NCBI GenBank assembly: GCA_024763055.1
Contig: JANTGH010000001.1
Location: forward strand, 877-64,876
Reading direction: 5' to 3'
DNA length: 64,000 bases
From: Desulfobulbaceae bacterium
GTDB lineage: Bacteria; Desulfobacterota; Desulfobulbia; Desulfobulbales; Desulfobulbaceae
Shown here: piece by piece, positions 1-10,457 of the stretch
How the letters are laid out: every line of letters begins with the position of its first letter
Position numbering within the stretch: position 1 is the first letter of the stretch
Made by a program: the position numbers and the translations under genes
Notes under the pieces: model-generated
Database searches by the model: none
Told to the model about the DNA's origin: nothing
The model's input: the letters and a program-made list of their open reading frames with translations, nothing else

Positions 1-98
1 GCTCGGCCGCAACAGGGCAATTCACCGTATTGAAGCCAGATATCCCCTGATCGTGACCTGAAATAAATTCAACCCATTGTGTCGCCGTCTATACCCGT

Positions 99-1112
99 CT
101 ATCTCTGGTACTTTTGTACGGCTCTGTTATGCTCTTTTAAGGTACTTGAGAAATGGTGGCTGCCGTTATTTTTTGAGACAAAATACAGGGCCGGGGAATC
201 CGCTGGGCGCAAGACCGCTTCAATGGAGGCCTTGCCCGGATTGCAGATGGGACCGGGCGGTAACCCTTTAATGATATACGTGTTGTATGGTGTTTCCCGT
301 TTAAGGTCTTTTTTGGACAGGTTGCCGTTAAAAGCAGGCAGGCCGTAAATAATCGTAGGATCGGACTGCAACCGCATGGATTTTTGTAAACGGTTGAGAA
401 AGACGCGGGCGATGAGCGGCCGTTCGGTGGGGTCAGCTGTTTCCTTCTCAACAATGGAGGCAAGGGTGACGACCTGATGTCTTGTTAAAAGAGATTTATT
501 TTCAGGCGCAACCTCCTTCCAGATGTTAAGGAACCGTCGAACCATGGTGGTAATGATGGAGCGGGTAGTGGTTTCACCCCGCACCAGGATATACGTATCC
601 GGGAAGAGATAGCCTTCGAGGCTGGCCTCGTTTATCCCAAGGCCGTGGATAAACTTCGGATCATTGCAGAGAGCAAGAAATTCCTTTTCGTCAGCCCAGT
701 CCGCCTGCGCGAAAAGAATCGCGATTCGGGCCATGGTCAAACCTTCGGGAATGGTCATCCTGTGGTGAATAACCTCTCCCCGCATCAGGATATCAAGTAC
801 TTCGGCCGGCAGCAGGTTCCGGGCAATGGCAAATTCACCGGCCCGTAGCCGGTCGCTGCTGCCGCTTAAGCGGGCCAGGATCAAAAAACGGGGGTCATCC
901 CGGATCACTCCCTGCCCGGCAAGAATTGTCTCGATACGGCGAAGGCCGGCGCCTTTGGGGATGAACACCGTTGCCATGCCGGAACCCGTGGCCGGTGTGG
1001 TGACATAGATTTCATACCAGGCAATGAGGCCGAGCAGGAAGATCAGGCAGGAGCCCGCGCTCCACAGGAGAAGTGATCGCATCGCCGGATAAGCTGAACC
1101 CGCAAATTTCAC
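99..1112 (-). CDS. mltG: Endolytic murein transglycosylase MltG (YceG family)
   Basis: 337-aa ORF with one N-terminal TM helix. The body has YceG/MltG-like blocks (LEGYLFPDTY, LASIVEKET, LQSDPTIIYG, YNTYIIKGLPPGPICNPG). Confidence 0.85.
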   Translation of the reverse strand: MKFAGSAYPAMRSLLLWSAGSCLIFLLGLIAWYEIYVTTPATGSGMATVFIPKGAGLRRIETILAGQGVIRDDPRFLILARLSGSSDRLRAGEFAIARNLLPAEVLDILMRGEVIHHRMTIPEGLTMARIAILFAQADWADEKEFLALCNDPKFIHGLGINEASLEGYLFPDTYILVRGETTTRSIITTMVRRFLNIWKEVAPENKSLLTRHQVVTLASIVEKETADPTERPLIARVFLNRLQKSMRLQSDPTIIYGLPAFNGNLSKKDLKRETPYNTYIIKGLPPGPICNPGKASIEAVLRPADSPALYFVSKNNGSHHFSSTLKEHNRAVQKYQR

Positions 1113-1309
1113 AAGCGATCTGCTGCAAGGTCTGAAAATACCATCTCTGCTGCGTCACAGCTCCAAAAAGGATCCTTGAAATACGGCAGTATGCCTGCGG
1201 CCTTTTTGGTTCTGTTCCCCGAAGGTTTTACCTCGTTCGCTTTCTGCATCCATCGTGTTTTCCGACCTTTCACTACGATCTTTGTGAAATAAGCACTCTA
1301 ACCGTTTCC

Positions 1310-3745
1310 TCAGGCCTTTTTCTTTTTACTGCGGCCAAGGGATTTTTTCTTGCGCCCGTTCTTTTTAATGTCGCCCAGCGCGATAGCAATGACCTCGTCC
1401 ATGTGCTTGACCGGCATGAAGGTGATTTTTTTGCGCAGCTCCTCCGGGATTTCGACCAGATCTTTTTCGTTTTCATCGGGAATGATGATTCGGTCAATCC
1501 CGGCCCGCAGCGCGGCCAACGCCTTGTCCTTCAGTCCGCCGATGGGTAGAACCCGTCCGCGCAACGTAACTTCACCTGTCATGGCCATACCTTTCTTGAC
1601 CGATTTTCCAAGAATGGCCGAATACAGGGCCGTGGTCATGGTGATACCGGCCGATGGCCCGTCCTTGGGAATAGCACCCGCCGGCACATGGATATGAATA
1701 TCAATGGAGTCGAAGTAATCCGGCTCCACGCCAAGCATTTTGCTGCGGCTGCGGCAGTAGCTGAGCGCGGCCTGGGCGGATTCTTTCATGACATCACCTA
1801 ACTGGCCGGTAAGGATCAGTTTGCCCTTGCCGGGCAAGATCGTAGTCTCGATGTGAAGCAGTTCGCCGCCAACCTCGGTCCAGGCGAGGCCAATGACCAG
1901 GCCGGGCTGGGAGACGGTGTCTAATTCGGTCTCAGGCAGATACTTGAGGGGCCCCAGGTACCGGGACAGGGTATTTTTTGAAACCGTGTATGGTCCCTTG
2001 CCGCCTTCGGCAATCTTGCGTGCGATTTTGCGGCATATTTTGCCCAGTTCCCGTTCAAGATTTCGGACCCCTGCCTCATGGGTATAATGACTGATGATCA
2101 GCTTTAAGGTATTGTCATCAAGCCGGATCTGTCTTACTTTCAGTCCGTTTTCCTTGATCTGTCTCGGCAGCAGGTATTTGCGGGCAATAACCATTTTCTC
2201 TTCCAGGCTATAGCCGGAGAGTTGAATCACCTCCATCCGGTCAAGAAGCGGACCCGGGATGGTGTCGAAACGGTTGGCTGTGGTAATAAACATTACTTTG
2301 GACAGGTCAAAGGGCAGGTTCATGTAATGATCGGAAAAGGTGTAATTCTGCTCGGGATCAAGAACCTCAAGCAGGGCTGAGGATGGGTCGCCCCGGTAGT
2401 CGTCACCGATCTTATCGATTTCATCGAGCATAAAGACCGGGTTGTTGGTTTTGACGTTTTTCAGGCCCTGCAGGATGCGGCCGGGCAGCGCACCGATATA
2501 GGTGCGCCGATGTCCGCGTATTTCAGCCTCATCACGCATGCCGCCAAGAGATAATCTGAAAAATTTACGTCCCATAGCCTTGGCAATGGCCTGGCCGAGC
2601 GAGGTTTTGCCCACGCCCGGCGGGCCGACAAAGCAGATGATCGGTCCCTTGGTGTCCGGATTCAGCTTGCGCACAGCCAGATATTCCAGAATGCGTTCCT
2701 TGATCTTGTCCAGACCGTAATGATCTTCATCCAGGACGCCGGCCGCCTCTTTCAGGTCCAACCGGTCTTTGGATGATTTTTTCCAGGGCAGGTCGAGAAA
2801 CCAGTCGAGATAAGTGCGGACGATGTTTGCCTCAGACGCATCAGGATGCATCATCTCAAGCCGTTTGAGCTGTTTTTTTGCCTCCTTTTTTGCGTATTTG
2901 GGCATTTTTTTCTTTTTCAGGCTCTTTTTCAGCTCTTCAATTTCCTGAGAGTAGGCATCCTCGTCGCCAAGCTCTCGTTTTAAGGCCTGCATCTGTTCAC
3001 GGAGAAAATATTCACGCTGGGAGCGGGACATCTCCTCCTTGGCATCGGACTGGATTTTTGCCTGGACGGTTGAAACCTCAAGTTCCTTGTTGAGCAGGTC
3101 GGCAACCAGCTTTAGCCGCTGGAGCGGATCTACGGTTTCCAGGATCTGCTGCGACTCGGCAATTTTCAGGCGCAGGTTGGAACCGACCAGGTCGGCTAAC
3201 CGGCCTGGTTCCTCGATATTGTTGATGATCATCATCAGGTCGGCGGACAGGATGCCACGCAGGGACATGATTTTTTCGGTCTGCTCACGGACTGTGCGCA
3301 TCAGCGCTTCAACCTCTACCGTGATTTTTTCCGTTTCCTGCTCAGGCACAAGATCAATGGCTACCCGATAATGCGGGGTGGTTTGTTCGTATTGACGAAT
3401 TTTTGCCTTGGACAGGGCCTGCACCAGCACCTTGAGCCGGCCATCGGGTAATTTAAGAGTGCGCATGATCATGGAAACCATGCCGACTTCGTAAATATCA
3501 TCGGGTTCGGGTTCGTCCTTGGCGGCATCTTTCTGGGTGACCAGCATCAGCAGCTTGTCGCCGCTCATGGCGTCATTGACCGCTTCAATTGAGCCGGGGC
3601 GGCCGACAAAAAGCGGAATAATCATATAGTTGAAAACCACTACATCACGGACGGCCATCATGGGCAGCGATTCCGGGATTTCCATATCCTGGGTATTTTC
3701 GCCAAAATCATCCATGCTTGTGGATAGTGTATCATCAAATTCCAC
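1310..3745 (-). CDS. lon: ATP-dependent Lon protease
   Basis: Walker [10 protein letters not shown], catalytic-serine block [11 protein letters not shown] and an N-terminal LON substrate-binding domain. I prefer the GTG at 3745 as start because AAGGAGG lies 5 nt upstream; the track ORF extends to 3769. Confidence 0.95.
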   Translation of the reverse strand: MEFDDTLSTSMDDFGENTQDMEIPESLPMMAVRDVVVFNYMIIPLFVGRPGSIEAVNDAMSGDKLLMLVTQKDAAKDEPEPDDIYEVGMVSMIMRTLKLPDGRLKVLVQALSKAKIRQYEQTTPHYRVAIDLVPEQETEKITVEVEALMRTVREQTEKIMSLRGILSADLMMIINNIEEPGRLADLVGSNLRLKIAESQQILETVDPLQRLKLVADLLNKELEVSTVQAKIQSDAKEEMSRSQREYFLREQMQALKRELGDEDAYSQEIEELKKSLKKKKMPKYAKKEAKKQLKRLEMMHPDASEANIVRTYLDWFLDLPWKKSSKDRLDLKEAAGVLDEDHYGLDKIKERILEYLAVRKLNPDTKGPIICFVGPPGVGKTSLGQAIAKAMGRKFFRLSLGGMRDEAEIRGHRRTYIGALPGRILQGLKNVKTNNPVFMLDEIDKIGDDYRGDPSSALLEVLDPEQNYTFSDHYMNLPFDLSKVMFITTANRFDTIPGPLLDRMEVIQLSGYSLEEKMVIARKYLLPRQIKENGLKVRQIRLDDNTLKLIISHYTHEAGVRNLERELGKICRKIARKIAEGGKGPYTVSKNTLSRYLGPLKYLPETELDTVSQPGLVIGLAWTEVGGELLHIETTILPGKGKLILTGQLGDVMKESAQAALSYCRSRSKMLGVEPDYFDSIDIHIHVPAGAIPKDGPSAGITMTTALYSAILGKSVKKGMAMTGEVTLRGRVLPIGGLKDKALAALRAGIDRIIIPDENEKDLVEIPEELRKKITFMPVKHMDEVIAIALGDIKKNGRKKKSLGRSKKKKA

Positions 3746-4125
3746 AGTTTCCTCCTTGCAGCAGCGCAAGCGGCTGCAGAATTATTCCCTCCAGCAGGAG
3801 AGAATGATCACCCGTAATTACTTGATACAGAAAGAATTTTTAAATTTCTCTTTGCCAGTATTCGGGAAGAACGTATATTTTAAAACGGTATAATCGAAAG
3901 AAAGTAAACATAACAGCGGCACAAGTCAAGGCAGGGCTTAAATGAGGAATAATCATTTTTTTTCTTGAATAAATAGTGTCGGGTCAATATATGACGAGAA
4001 TGTTTTTGTTTCATTGAGTAGTTTGCCACTAAATAACGAGTTGCCCGGTTGCATTGCGGTATGGATGAAAATACCCTGACTTCCGGTAGCGTTTTTCTTT
4101 CCTCCGGACGTGATCAGGTGTTATT

Positions 4126-4926
4126 ATGCTGAGTGCCGATTCTTTTTTTGATCTGAGCGAATTTTCCCATCAAGAGATGTTTGCCGGGACGGCTTATGTC
4201 TGGGAAGCCCTGGCGAAGCTGAAAGCATATGTTGACGGAAATATTGATACCACGCTTACCCATTTTTCGTTGACATCCGGAGTCCCGCTTGAGCAGCCAC
4301 TTGTCCTGCATCAAGGCATCCTCAGCTGCATGAGGGAGTATGATGTCAATTTTGGTGGTGCCACTAAAGGTACACTTGAAGTGAAGCAGAATGGACAATT
4401 GCTACGGGGGGCCTCGGTGATTATGGCCGGGGTGGTGCTTATTGGGCAGCGGATCAGTATCGGCAAGGGAGTGCTGGTGGAATCAGGCGCCTTGATTAAA
4501 GAACCCGCAATTATCGGCGATCAGACCGAGGTCAGGCAGGGCGCCTACCTGCGAGGCTATTGCCTGATCGGCAAGCGCTGTGTGGTTGGGCATACCACGG
4601 AGGTCAAGCATTCTATTTTTTTAAATGATGCCAAGGCCGGACATTTTGCCTATATCGGCGATTCGATTCTTGGAGAGAATACCAATCTCGGGGCAGGAAC
4701 AAAGTTTGCCAATCTGCGATTTCTACCGGGCAATGTCGAGATAAAGACTCCGAACGGTCCTGTCGACAGCGGTTTGAAAAAATTTGGCGCCATTCTTGGT
4801 GACCGGACCCAGACCGGCTGTAATTCGGTGACTAACCCTGGGACACTTCTTGGACCGGAGTCCATTCTTATGCCCAATACAACCTCGCCTTCGGGCCTTC
4901 ATCCGGAAAAGTCCGTGATACGGTAG
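4126..4926 (+). CDS. Left-handed beta-helix (hexapeptide-repeat) transferase-like protein
   Basis: 266-aa ORF whose C-terminal two thirds carry repeated [LIV]-G-x4 hexapeptide periodicity (IGKGVLVESGALI, IGDQTEVRQGAYL, IGKRCVVGHTTEV, IGDSILGENTNLGAG). Substrate unknown. Confidence 0.6.
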   Translation: MLSADSFFDLSEFSHQEMFAGTAYVWEALAKLKAYVDGNIDTTLTHFSLTSGVPLEQPLVLHQGILSCMREYDVNFGGATKGTLEVKQNGQLLRGASVIMAGVVLIGQRISIGKGVLVESGALIKEPAIIGDQTEVRQGAYLRGYCLIGKRCVVGHTTEVKHSIFLNDAKAGHFAYIGDSILGENTNLGAGTKFANLRFLPGNVEIKTPNGPVDSGLKKFGAILGDRTQTGCNSVTNPGTLLGPESILMPNTTSPSGLHPEKSVIR

Positions 4927-5314
4927 CACGTTTTCCTCCTTTGTTTACATAACCTTTTCGTCCGATCATCGTATTCATTCAGGATAAAGTAAAAAGCAAA
5001 AAAGATGCCGGCAGTATGCATTATCCCGAGCTGAGAGCATATTGACTGATTGAATTGGGGATTGTGCAAAAATAACGTATGATATTCTGCTTGCCTTTTC
5101 GGAGTCTCGCAGATAAGCGGAACGTAGTGAAGACTTCGGGCTCGCTGCCCGCCTATTTCCTGTATTGCACAGAAGGTTACATAATTTGGCTATGCGCTCC
5201 TTGAAAAGGAATAATAATTTGGCGCAATATTATTTTACTTATTTCCTTACAGTTCCTTATCTCCGGCAACGTATTGCAATATAAGTGTAATTTTCACCCT
5301 GTTATTGAAATCAT

Positions 5315-6442
5315 ATGGAAAAAAAGATGAAAAATAAAAAAATATCGGCATGTATCTTTCCGGAAACGGTTCCCGGCGATGACATTCTTTTTCCCCTTGT
5401 GCAGATTTTTGCGCCGCTTGTTTATTGTCGGGCTGTTGAGGAAGATGAAATCCATGAAGAGTTGCAGTCTCCTTTCAGAAAGCAACTTGAAGATGCGGGA
5501 CTCGCTCGAACCTATGTCCCGTCCCCTCTTGACAATAAGCAGCGGGAGCGGTTTCTTGCCTTGATGAAGGATTTGAGGACAAGAGGGGATGATTATGCGG
5601 CTCAGCTGAAAAATCTATCGATTTCCGGGATAGGGGGGAGAGGCGCAAGGCCGGAGTCAAAAAGTTCAATCATTGAAAATCTGCTGAAGATGCAAGCTGT
5701 GATTAATAAAAAACAGGAAGAGCGCGACATGCTGCTTTGGCAGGCACGACTGCTCCTCAAACTTGGTGAAATTTTTGATGGTGACCAGGTTGCCCTGCGC
5801 CGGGAACTGAAGCAGATACACAGGAAGGAGCAGGGGGTTTTTTCCGAGTTGCGCAAGGGACAGGAAAAACCGTTTGCATTGCCTGCCGGCGCCGGATCCA
5901 CGGACAGCCGACCGGATGGTTTGCCGCGCCTGCGGCTTAAGGCCTGGACCAGGCTAGTCTGTCTCAATGCAAAATTGTTGAAGGATTTTAAATGTCTTGT
6001 TACCACAAATCAGGATGCAGTGGATTTGCTTGTTGAGGAATATGAACGACTCGCTCAAAACAATATCCAGCCGTTTGTACATGTTTTGCTGCCGGCACAT
6101 TTTGAAGGAGAATTTTTACCGGATAAGCTGCAGGATATGCAGGAGCAGGGCAAAGACTTTTTTTCCGGACTGCAGGGGATTATGAACGACCCCTTAGAGT
6201 CCTCAAAAGAACAGACAGCTGATTTTGCAGATGATAACGGGGAATGGGCACAATTTCTGGAAACAATATATCCAGTAACCGGGTATGGAAGATGTCGGCT
6301 GCATCTGTATTTTTTTCCGTTGATTAATGGCTGTGAACTGTTTATGGAAACCTTTGGCCGGGATGAACATCATGTCCGGCAGTTACGGCAGGAAGAAGAG
6401 GGCAGCGGCCGTATCGTTGGCTGGTTGGAATTGCCGGCGTAG
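5315..6442 (+). CDS. Hypothetical protein (no recognisable domain)
   Basis: 375-aa ORF with coding-like composition. No motif I can assign. Confidence 0.45.
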   Translation: MEKKMKNKKISACIFPETVPGDDILFPLVQIFAPLVYCRAVEEDEIHEELQSPFRKQLEDAGLARTYVPSPLDNKQRERFLALMKDLRTRGDDYAAQLKNLSISGIGGRGARPESKSSIIENLLKMQAVINKKQEERDMLLWQARLLLKLGEIFDGDQVALRRELKQIHRKEQGVFSELRKGQEKPFALPAGAGSTDSRPDGLPRLRLKAWTRLVCLNAKLLKDFKCLVTTNQDAVDLLVEEYERLAQNNIQPFVHVLLPAHFEGEFLPDKLQDMQEQGKDFFSGLQGIMNDPLESSKEQTADFADDNGEWAQFLETIYPVTGYGRCRLHLYFFPLINGCELFMETFGRDEHHVRQLRQEEEGSGRIVGWLELPA

Positions 6443-6456
6443 TCGTCCGGCAATAA

Positions 6457-6488
6457 AAAGGATTGGCCGCATGTGCGGACAATCCTTT
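6457..6488. terminator. Hairpin between convergent hypothetical gene and tRNA-Cys
   Basis: AAAGGATTG (6457-6465) pairs with CAATCCTTT (6480-6488), with an inner CCGC/GCGG stem. There is no clean U-tract. Confidence 0.4.
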
Positions 6489-6496
6489 GGATAAAC

Positions 6497-6571
6497 TGGA
6501 GGCGACGAGCGGATTTGAACCGCTGAATAATGGTTTTGCAGACCACTGCCTTACCACTTGGCTACGTCGCC
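6497..6571 (-). tRNA. tRNA-Cys (anticodon GCA), CCA encoded
   Basis: The reverse complement reads GGCGACG..CTGCAAA..GGTTCAAATCC..CGTCGCC-T-CCA. It has a 7-bp acceptor stem, a T-loop and a CU-GCA-AA anticodon loop, 75 nt in all. Confidence 0.95.
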
Positions 6572-6633
6572 TTGGAGTTTGTAGCGGCACTTTATACCAT
6601 AGTTACACTTTTTGACAAGAGGAAATCGTACGC

Positions 6634-7371
6634 ATGGGGACCACCCTTCACGCCTTGATTCAGGACAATGAAGAAAGCCTGCTGGCGTTGCAGCAACGTA
6701 TTGGCTATCATTTTACAAATATTGAATTATTGCAGGTTGCGTTAATCCACAGCTCCTTTGCTTTTGAACGGCTTGACGGTGGACGCCACAACGAAACCCA
6801 GGAGTTTTTAGGTGACGCGGTGCTGGACCTGGCCGTCGGTTATATCCTCTTTAAGCGTTTTCCCAGGATGCGTGAAGGAAAATTGACCCGGATTCGTTCC
6901 GCACTGGTTAACGAGAGTGGGCTTGCCCAGATGGCACGGGCCATTGGTCTTGGCAGTTATTTGCTGTTAGGCAGGGGTGAGGAGGGGTCAAATGGGCGGG
7001 AAAAATCGTCGATCCTGTCCTGTGCCTATGAAGCAGTGGTGGGCGCTCTGTTTCTTGATGGAGGCTATGACGAGGCCTTGGATTTTGTTCAGCGCTTTTT
7101 CGGTCCCTTGATTGATAAACGGTGCAATGAGTTGATGCTGTCCGATGCAAAGTCCAGCCTGCAGGAGTTGTTGCAGGAGCGCTATAATGAAGGGCCGCAA
7201 TATGTGCTCGAAGGAGAGGAGGGGCCGCCCCATGCCAGAAATTTTTCCGTTTCCGTCAGATTCCATGGTAAGGTGCTTGGGACCGGGCAGGCCGGCAGTA
7301 AAAAAGAGGCGGAACAGCAGGCCGCCGGCGCTGCATTGAAAAAGCTGGCGCAGGAGAACACCGGCAATTGA
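6634..7371 (+). CDS. rnc: Ribonuclease III
   Basis: RNase III signature ETQEFLGDAVLDLAV and a C-terminal dsRBD (GSKKEAEQQAAGAALKKL). Confidence 0.95.
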   Translation: MGTTLHALIQDNEESLLALQQRIGYHFTNIELLQVALIHSSFAFERLDGGRHNETQEFLGDAVLDLAVGYILFKRFPRMREGKLTRIRSALVNESGLAQMARAIGLGSYLLLGRGEEGSNGREKSSILSCAYEAVVGALFLDGGYDEALDFVQRFFGPLIDKRCNELMLSDAKSSLQELLQERYNEGPQYVLEGEEGPPHARNFSVSVRFHGKVLGTGQAGSKKEAEQQAAGAALKKLAQENTGN

Positions 7372-8411
7372 ATTCCGCCCTTTCCACCGCCGGTGCCATC
7401 CCCCTTGTTATTCCCGTTTTTATTCCCCACGAGGGATGTCCGCATAGCTGTGTATTTTGTAATCAGCATCGGATCAGCGGCATCCAGGGAAAACCGCTAT
7501 CAGCGGATGATGTCACCCGGATTACTCGAACCTGGCTTGAACGTGATCGTAAAAAAAACCGATGCCGGGTGCAGGTAGCTTTTTACGGAGGCAGTTTCAC
7601 CGGTCTTGCCCTTTCACGTCAGCAGGAACTACTTGCAGCGGTTCTGCCCTTTATTCGCAATGGTGCTGTACAGGCCATCCGTTGTTCTACCCGACCAGAT
7701 TCTATTGATGCTGTTATTGTCAATTTTCTTTACGCCCGTCACGTCAGGGTAGTTGAATTAGGGGGACAGTCCCTTGATGATTCGGTACTGCAGAACAGTC
7801 GCCGGGGACATTCGGCCGCTGATGTCGTCCAGGCTTCAACAATGCTTAAAAATGCGGGTATGGAGCTGGGTATTCAGTTGATGGTCGGTTTGCCGGGGCA
7901 GAATTTTTCCAGCCTGCGCGGGACCACGGACCAGGTTGTCTCCCTTGCCCCTGATTTTGTCCGTATCTATCCTGTGCTTGTTGTTGCCGGCAGCGGGCTT
8001 GCGCGTTGGTATAAGCGCGGCGAGTACCGGCCGCTTACTCTTACCCGGGCCGTATTGCAGACAGCCTGGATGAAGAAAAAGTTGATGGCGGCCGGAATCA
8101 GGGTTGTACGCATGGGGTTGCAGCCGGGCCGGGACCTGGAAAAAGCGTTGCTTGCCGGACCCTATCATCCCGCTTTTGGTGAGTTGGTCAATGCCCGTCT
8201 CATGCTGCAGCAGACACGAAAGCTGCTGTCCGGGGTCGGACCGGGACAAAAAGTGCTCATTGGTATTTCCAACCGGGATCTCTCTGTATTTAAGGGGATA
8301 CGACAGGCAAACATACAGCGGTTGACCAGGCTGGGACTCTTTGATAGATTCACCCTGCAAACAGATCCACAACAACCTCGCGGTACAATGAAGCTGATTA
8401 CTCCTGACTGA
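7368..8411 (+). CDS. Radical SAM protein, ELP3/MiaB/NifB-like core without acetyltransferase domain
   Basis: CxxxCxxC cluster CPHSCVFCN near the N-terminus. The TTG start overlaps the rnc stop (TTGA). Confidence 0.8.
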   Translation: MNSALSTAGAIPLVIPVFIPHEGCPHSCVFCNQHRISGIQGKPLSADDVTRITRTWLERDRKKNRCRVQVAFYGGSFTGLALSRQQELLAAVLPFIRNGAVQAIRCSTRPDSIDAVIVNFLYARHVRVVELGGQSLDDSVLQNSRRGHSAADVVQASTMLKNAGMELGIQLMVGLPGQNFSSLRGTTDQVVSLAPDFVRIYPVLVVAGSGLARWYKRGEYRPLTLTRAVLQTAWMKKKLMAAGIRVVRMGLQPGRDLEKALLAGPYHPAFGELVNARLMLQQTRKLLSGVGPGQKVLIGISNRDLSVFKGIRQANIQRLTRLGLFDRFTLQTDPQQPRGTMKLITPD

Positions 8412-8455
8412 TTGTTCCTGGTGGTGAATTTCGGATCATAACAAAGTATAAATAG

Positions 8456-10423
8456 ATGCTCAGTATTAATAATTTCAGCCTCCAATACGGAGCCAAACAT
8501 ATCTTTCGTGGTATTTCCGCCCAGGTCCATGCTGGTGAACGTATTGGTCTTGTGGGTGTAAATGGGACGGGAAAATCCACGCTGCTCAAAATCATGTGTG
8601 GGGCGCAGGAAACCGACCCCGGTGTTGTCAGCCGTGCCTCCTGGTTTACGGTGGCCTATCTGCCCCAGGAAATTACTCTTGAGTTGGACAATCGCAGTCT
8701 TTATGAGGAGGCCGAGACCGCTTTTGATGATATCCTCGCTCATCAACAGGAGGTCGAGCAGATTGGAGAGCAGCTTGCCGGACTTGGGCAGGACGATCCG
8801 GAGATGGACGCACTGCTTGAACGCCAGGGGGATCTGCAGCATCTTCTTGAAGGGCAGGATGTTTTTCGTATGCGACCCGAGATCGAAAAAATCCTTTTTG
8901 GTCTTGGATTTTCCAAGGCTGATCTTTCACGGCCGGTGGCAGAATTCTCCGGTGGCTGGATTATGAGGCTTCTTCTTGCCAAATTGCTCTTGCAGAAACC
9001 CGCCCTTCTTCTTCTTGATGAGCCCACCAACCATCTTGATCTTGATTCCCTGACCTGGCTTGAAGATTTTCTCAAAGGGTATCAAGGGGCCATGATTATT
9101 ATTTCTCATGATCGCTCCTTTCTTGACCGGGTGACCGAAATCACCTGGGAGCTGAGTCTTGGTCGTCTGACGGTTTATAAGGGCAATTATTCCCATTATC
9201 TCGTGGAAAAGGAACAGCGTCTGCAACTCGAACGGGCCGCCTATGACAATCAGCAGGCCATGATCAAACAGAGTGAGCGTTTTATTACCCGGTTTCGTTC
9301 CAAGTCCACCAAGGCGCGCCAGGTGCAGAGCCGGGTCAAACAGTTGGAAAAACTGGAGCGGATTGAGTTGTCGGAAACCGAGCGCTCGGTTCGCTTTTCT
9401 TTCCCTCCGGCGGCGGCCTCGGGACGGGATGTCCTGACCTTGAACGGTTTACACAAGGCCTTTGGGGGAAAAACAGTTTTTAAAGATATCAGTCTTTCCC
9501 TGCAGCGGGGTGACAAACTGGCCGTGGTCGGTGTTAATGGAGCGGGGAAATCGACTCTGTTGAGGATACTTGCCGGTCTGGAACCGGCGGAAGGTGAGAA
9601 ACGGCTGGGTCATAATGTGATCCTTACGTATTTTGGCCAGCACCAGGCCCGGGAACTTGCCGGCGAACTGAGTCTGCTTGATACCGTGTACCATGCGGCC
9701 AGAGACATGACCATTACCCAGGTCCGTTCCCTGCTGGGCGCTTTTCTCTTTATCGGCGATGAGGTAGATAAGAAGGTGCAGGTACTCTCCGGTGGAGAAA
9801 AGAGTCGGGTGGCTCTGGCAAAAATGCTGGTTCGCCCTGCTAATCTGATGCTCCTTGACGAGCCGACCAACCATCTTGATATCAGTTCTCAGGAAGTCCT
9901 GCAGGAGGCCATGGCTCAGTATGAGGGTACTATTATCGTGGTTTCCCATAACCGTTTTTTTGCCAATTCCTTTGTCAACAAGGTCCTGGAGATTCGAGAT
10001 GGTCGAGGCACTCTGTATGAGGGAAATATCGATGATTATCTAACCCGTCGCAAACGGGAAGAGGCGGCAGCTACAGAGTTGGCAAAGGAAGAATCACCGG
10101 ATGCGCCTTCTGAAAACCAGCGGAAATCAGGAGATAAAAAAGCACAGCGCCGGGCGCGGGCTCAGGCCCGGCAGAAGCTTGGCACCATGATAGGGCCGTG
10201 GAAGAAAAAAAGCGCGGCGGCGGAAGAAGAAATTGAACGCCATGAGTCTCGAAAGTTCGAGCTTGAACAAAAGATGGCCGATCCCGAACTCTATGGCGAT
10301 CAGGCAGCCTGGTCGGCGACCAGCCAGGAGTACGGCAAAGTACAGCGGCAGCTTGAACGTGCATACCGGAGATGGGAAGAGGCACAGGGAAAGATAGAGG
10401 AAATTGAACGGTTACATGCTTGA
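8456..10423 (+). CDS. ABC-F family ATPase (YheS/Uup-like, no TM domain) with charged coiled-coil C-terminal extension
   Basis: Two Walker A motifs (GVNGTGKST, GVNGAGKST), two signature motifs (FSGGWIMR, LSGGEKSR) and a K/R/E-rich tail. Confidence 0.9.
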   Translation: MLSINNFSLQYGAKHIFRGISAQVHAGERIGLVGVNGTGKSTLLKIMCGAQETDPGVVSRASWFTVAYLPQEITLELDNRSLYEEAETAFDDILAHQQEVEQIGEQLAGLGQDDPEMDALLERQGDLQHLLEGQDVFRMRPEIEKILFGLGFSKADLSRPVAEFSGGWIMRLLLAKLLLQKPALLLLDEPTNHLDLDSLTWLEDFLKGYQGAMIIISHDRSFLDRVTEITWELSLGRLTVYKGNYSHYLVEKEQRLQLERAAYDNQQAMIKQSERFITRFRSKSTKARQVQSRVKQLEKLERIELSETERSVRFSFPPAAASGRDVLTLNGLHKAFGGKTVFKDISLSLQRGDKLAVVGVNGAGKSTLLRILAGLEPAEGEKRLGHNVILTYFGQHQARELAGELSLLDTVYHAARDMTITQVRSLLGAFLFIGDEVDKKVQVLSGGEKSRVALAKMLVRPANLMLLDEPTNHLDISSQEVLQEAMAQYEGTIIVVSHNRFFANSFVNKVLEIRDGRGTLYEGNIDDYLTRRKREEAAATELAKEESPDAPSENQRKSGDKKAQRRARAQARQKLGTMIGPWKKKSAAAEEEIERHESRKFELEQKMADPELYGDQAAWSATSQEYGKVQRQLERAYRRWEEAQGKIEEIERLHA

Positions 10424-10457
10424 TCGCTTGATCTCACATGCCCTGCGGAGGGAAAAG

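Noticed and set aside
1-98. Possible 3' end of a + strand gene ending near position 60 (...LGRNRAIHRIEARYPLIVT*).
   Set aside because: Only about 19 codons are visible at the window edge. That is too little to support any call.
3964-3991. CTTGAAT-n13-TCAATATAT resembling a sigma-32 heat-shock promoter near lon.
   Set aside because: It is on the + strand, facing away from lon, and its -10 region does not match CCCCAT-type sigma-32 elements. I could not find a convincing lon promoter by eye.
6443-6633. tRNA-Cys as an integration site for a genomic island.
   Set aside because: There is no integrase, no duplicated tRNA 3' segment that I can find, and the flanking genes (rnc and a conserved-looking ORF) have native composition.
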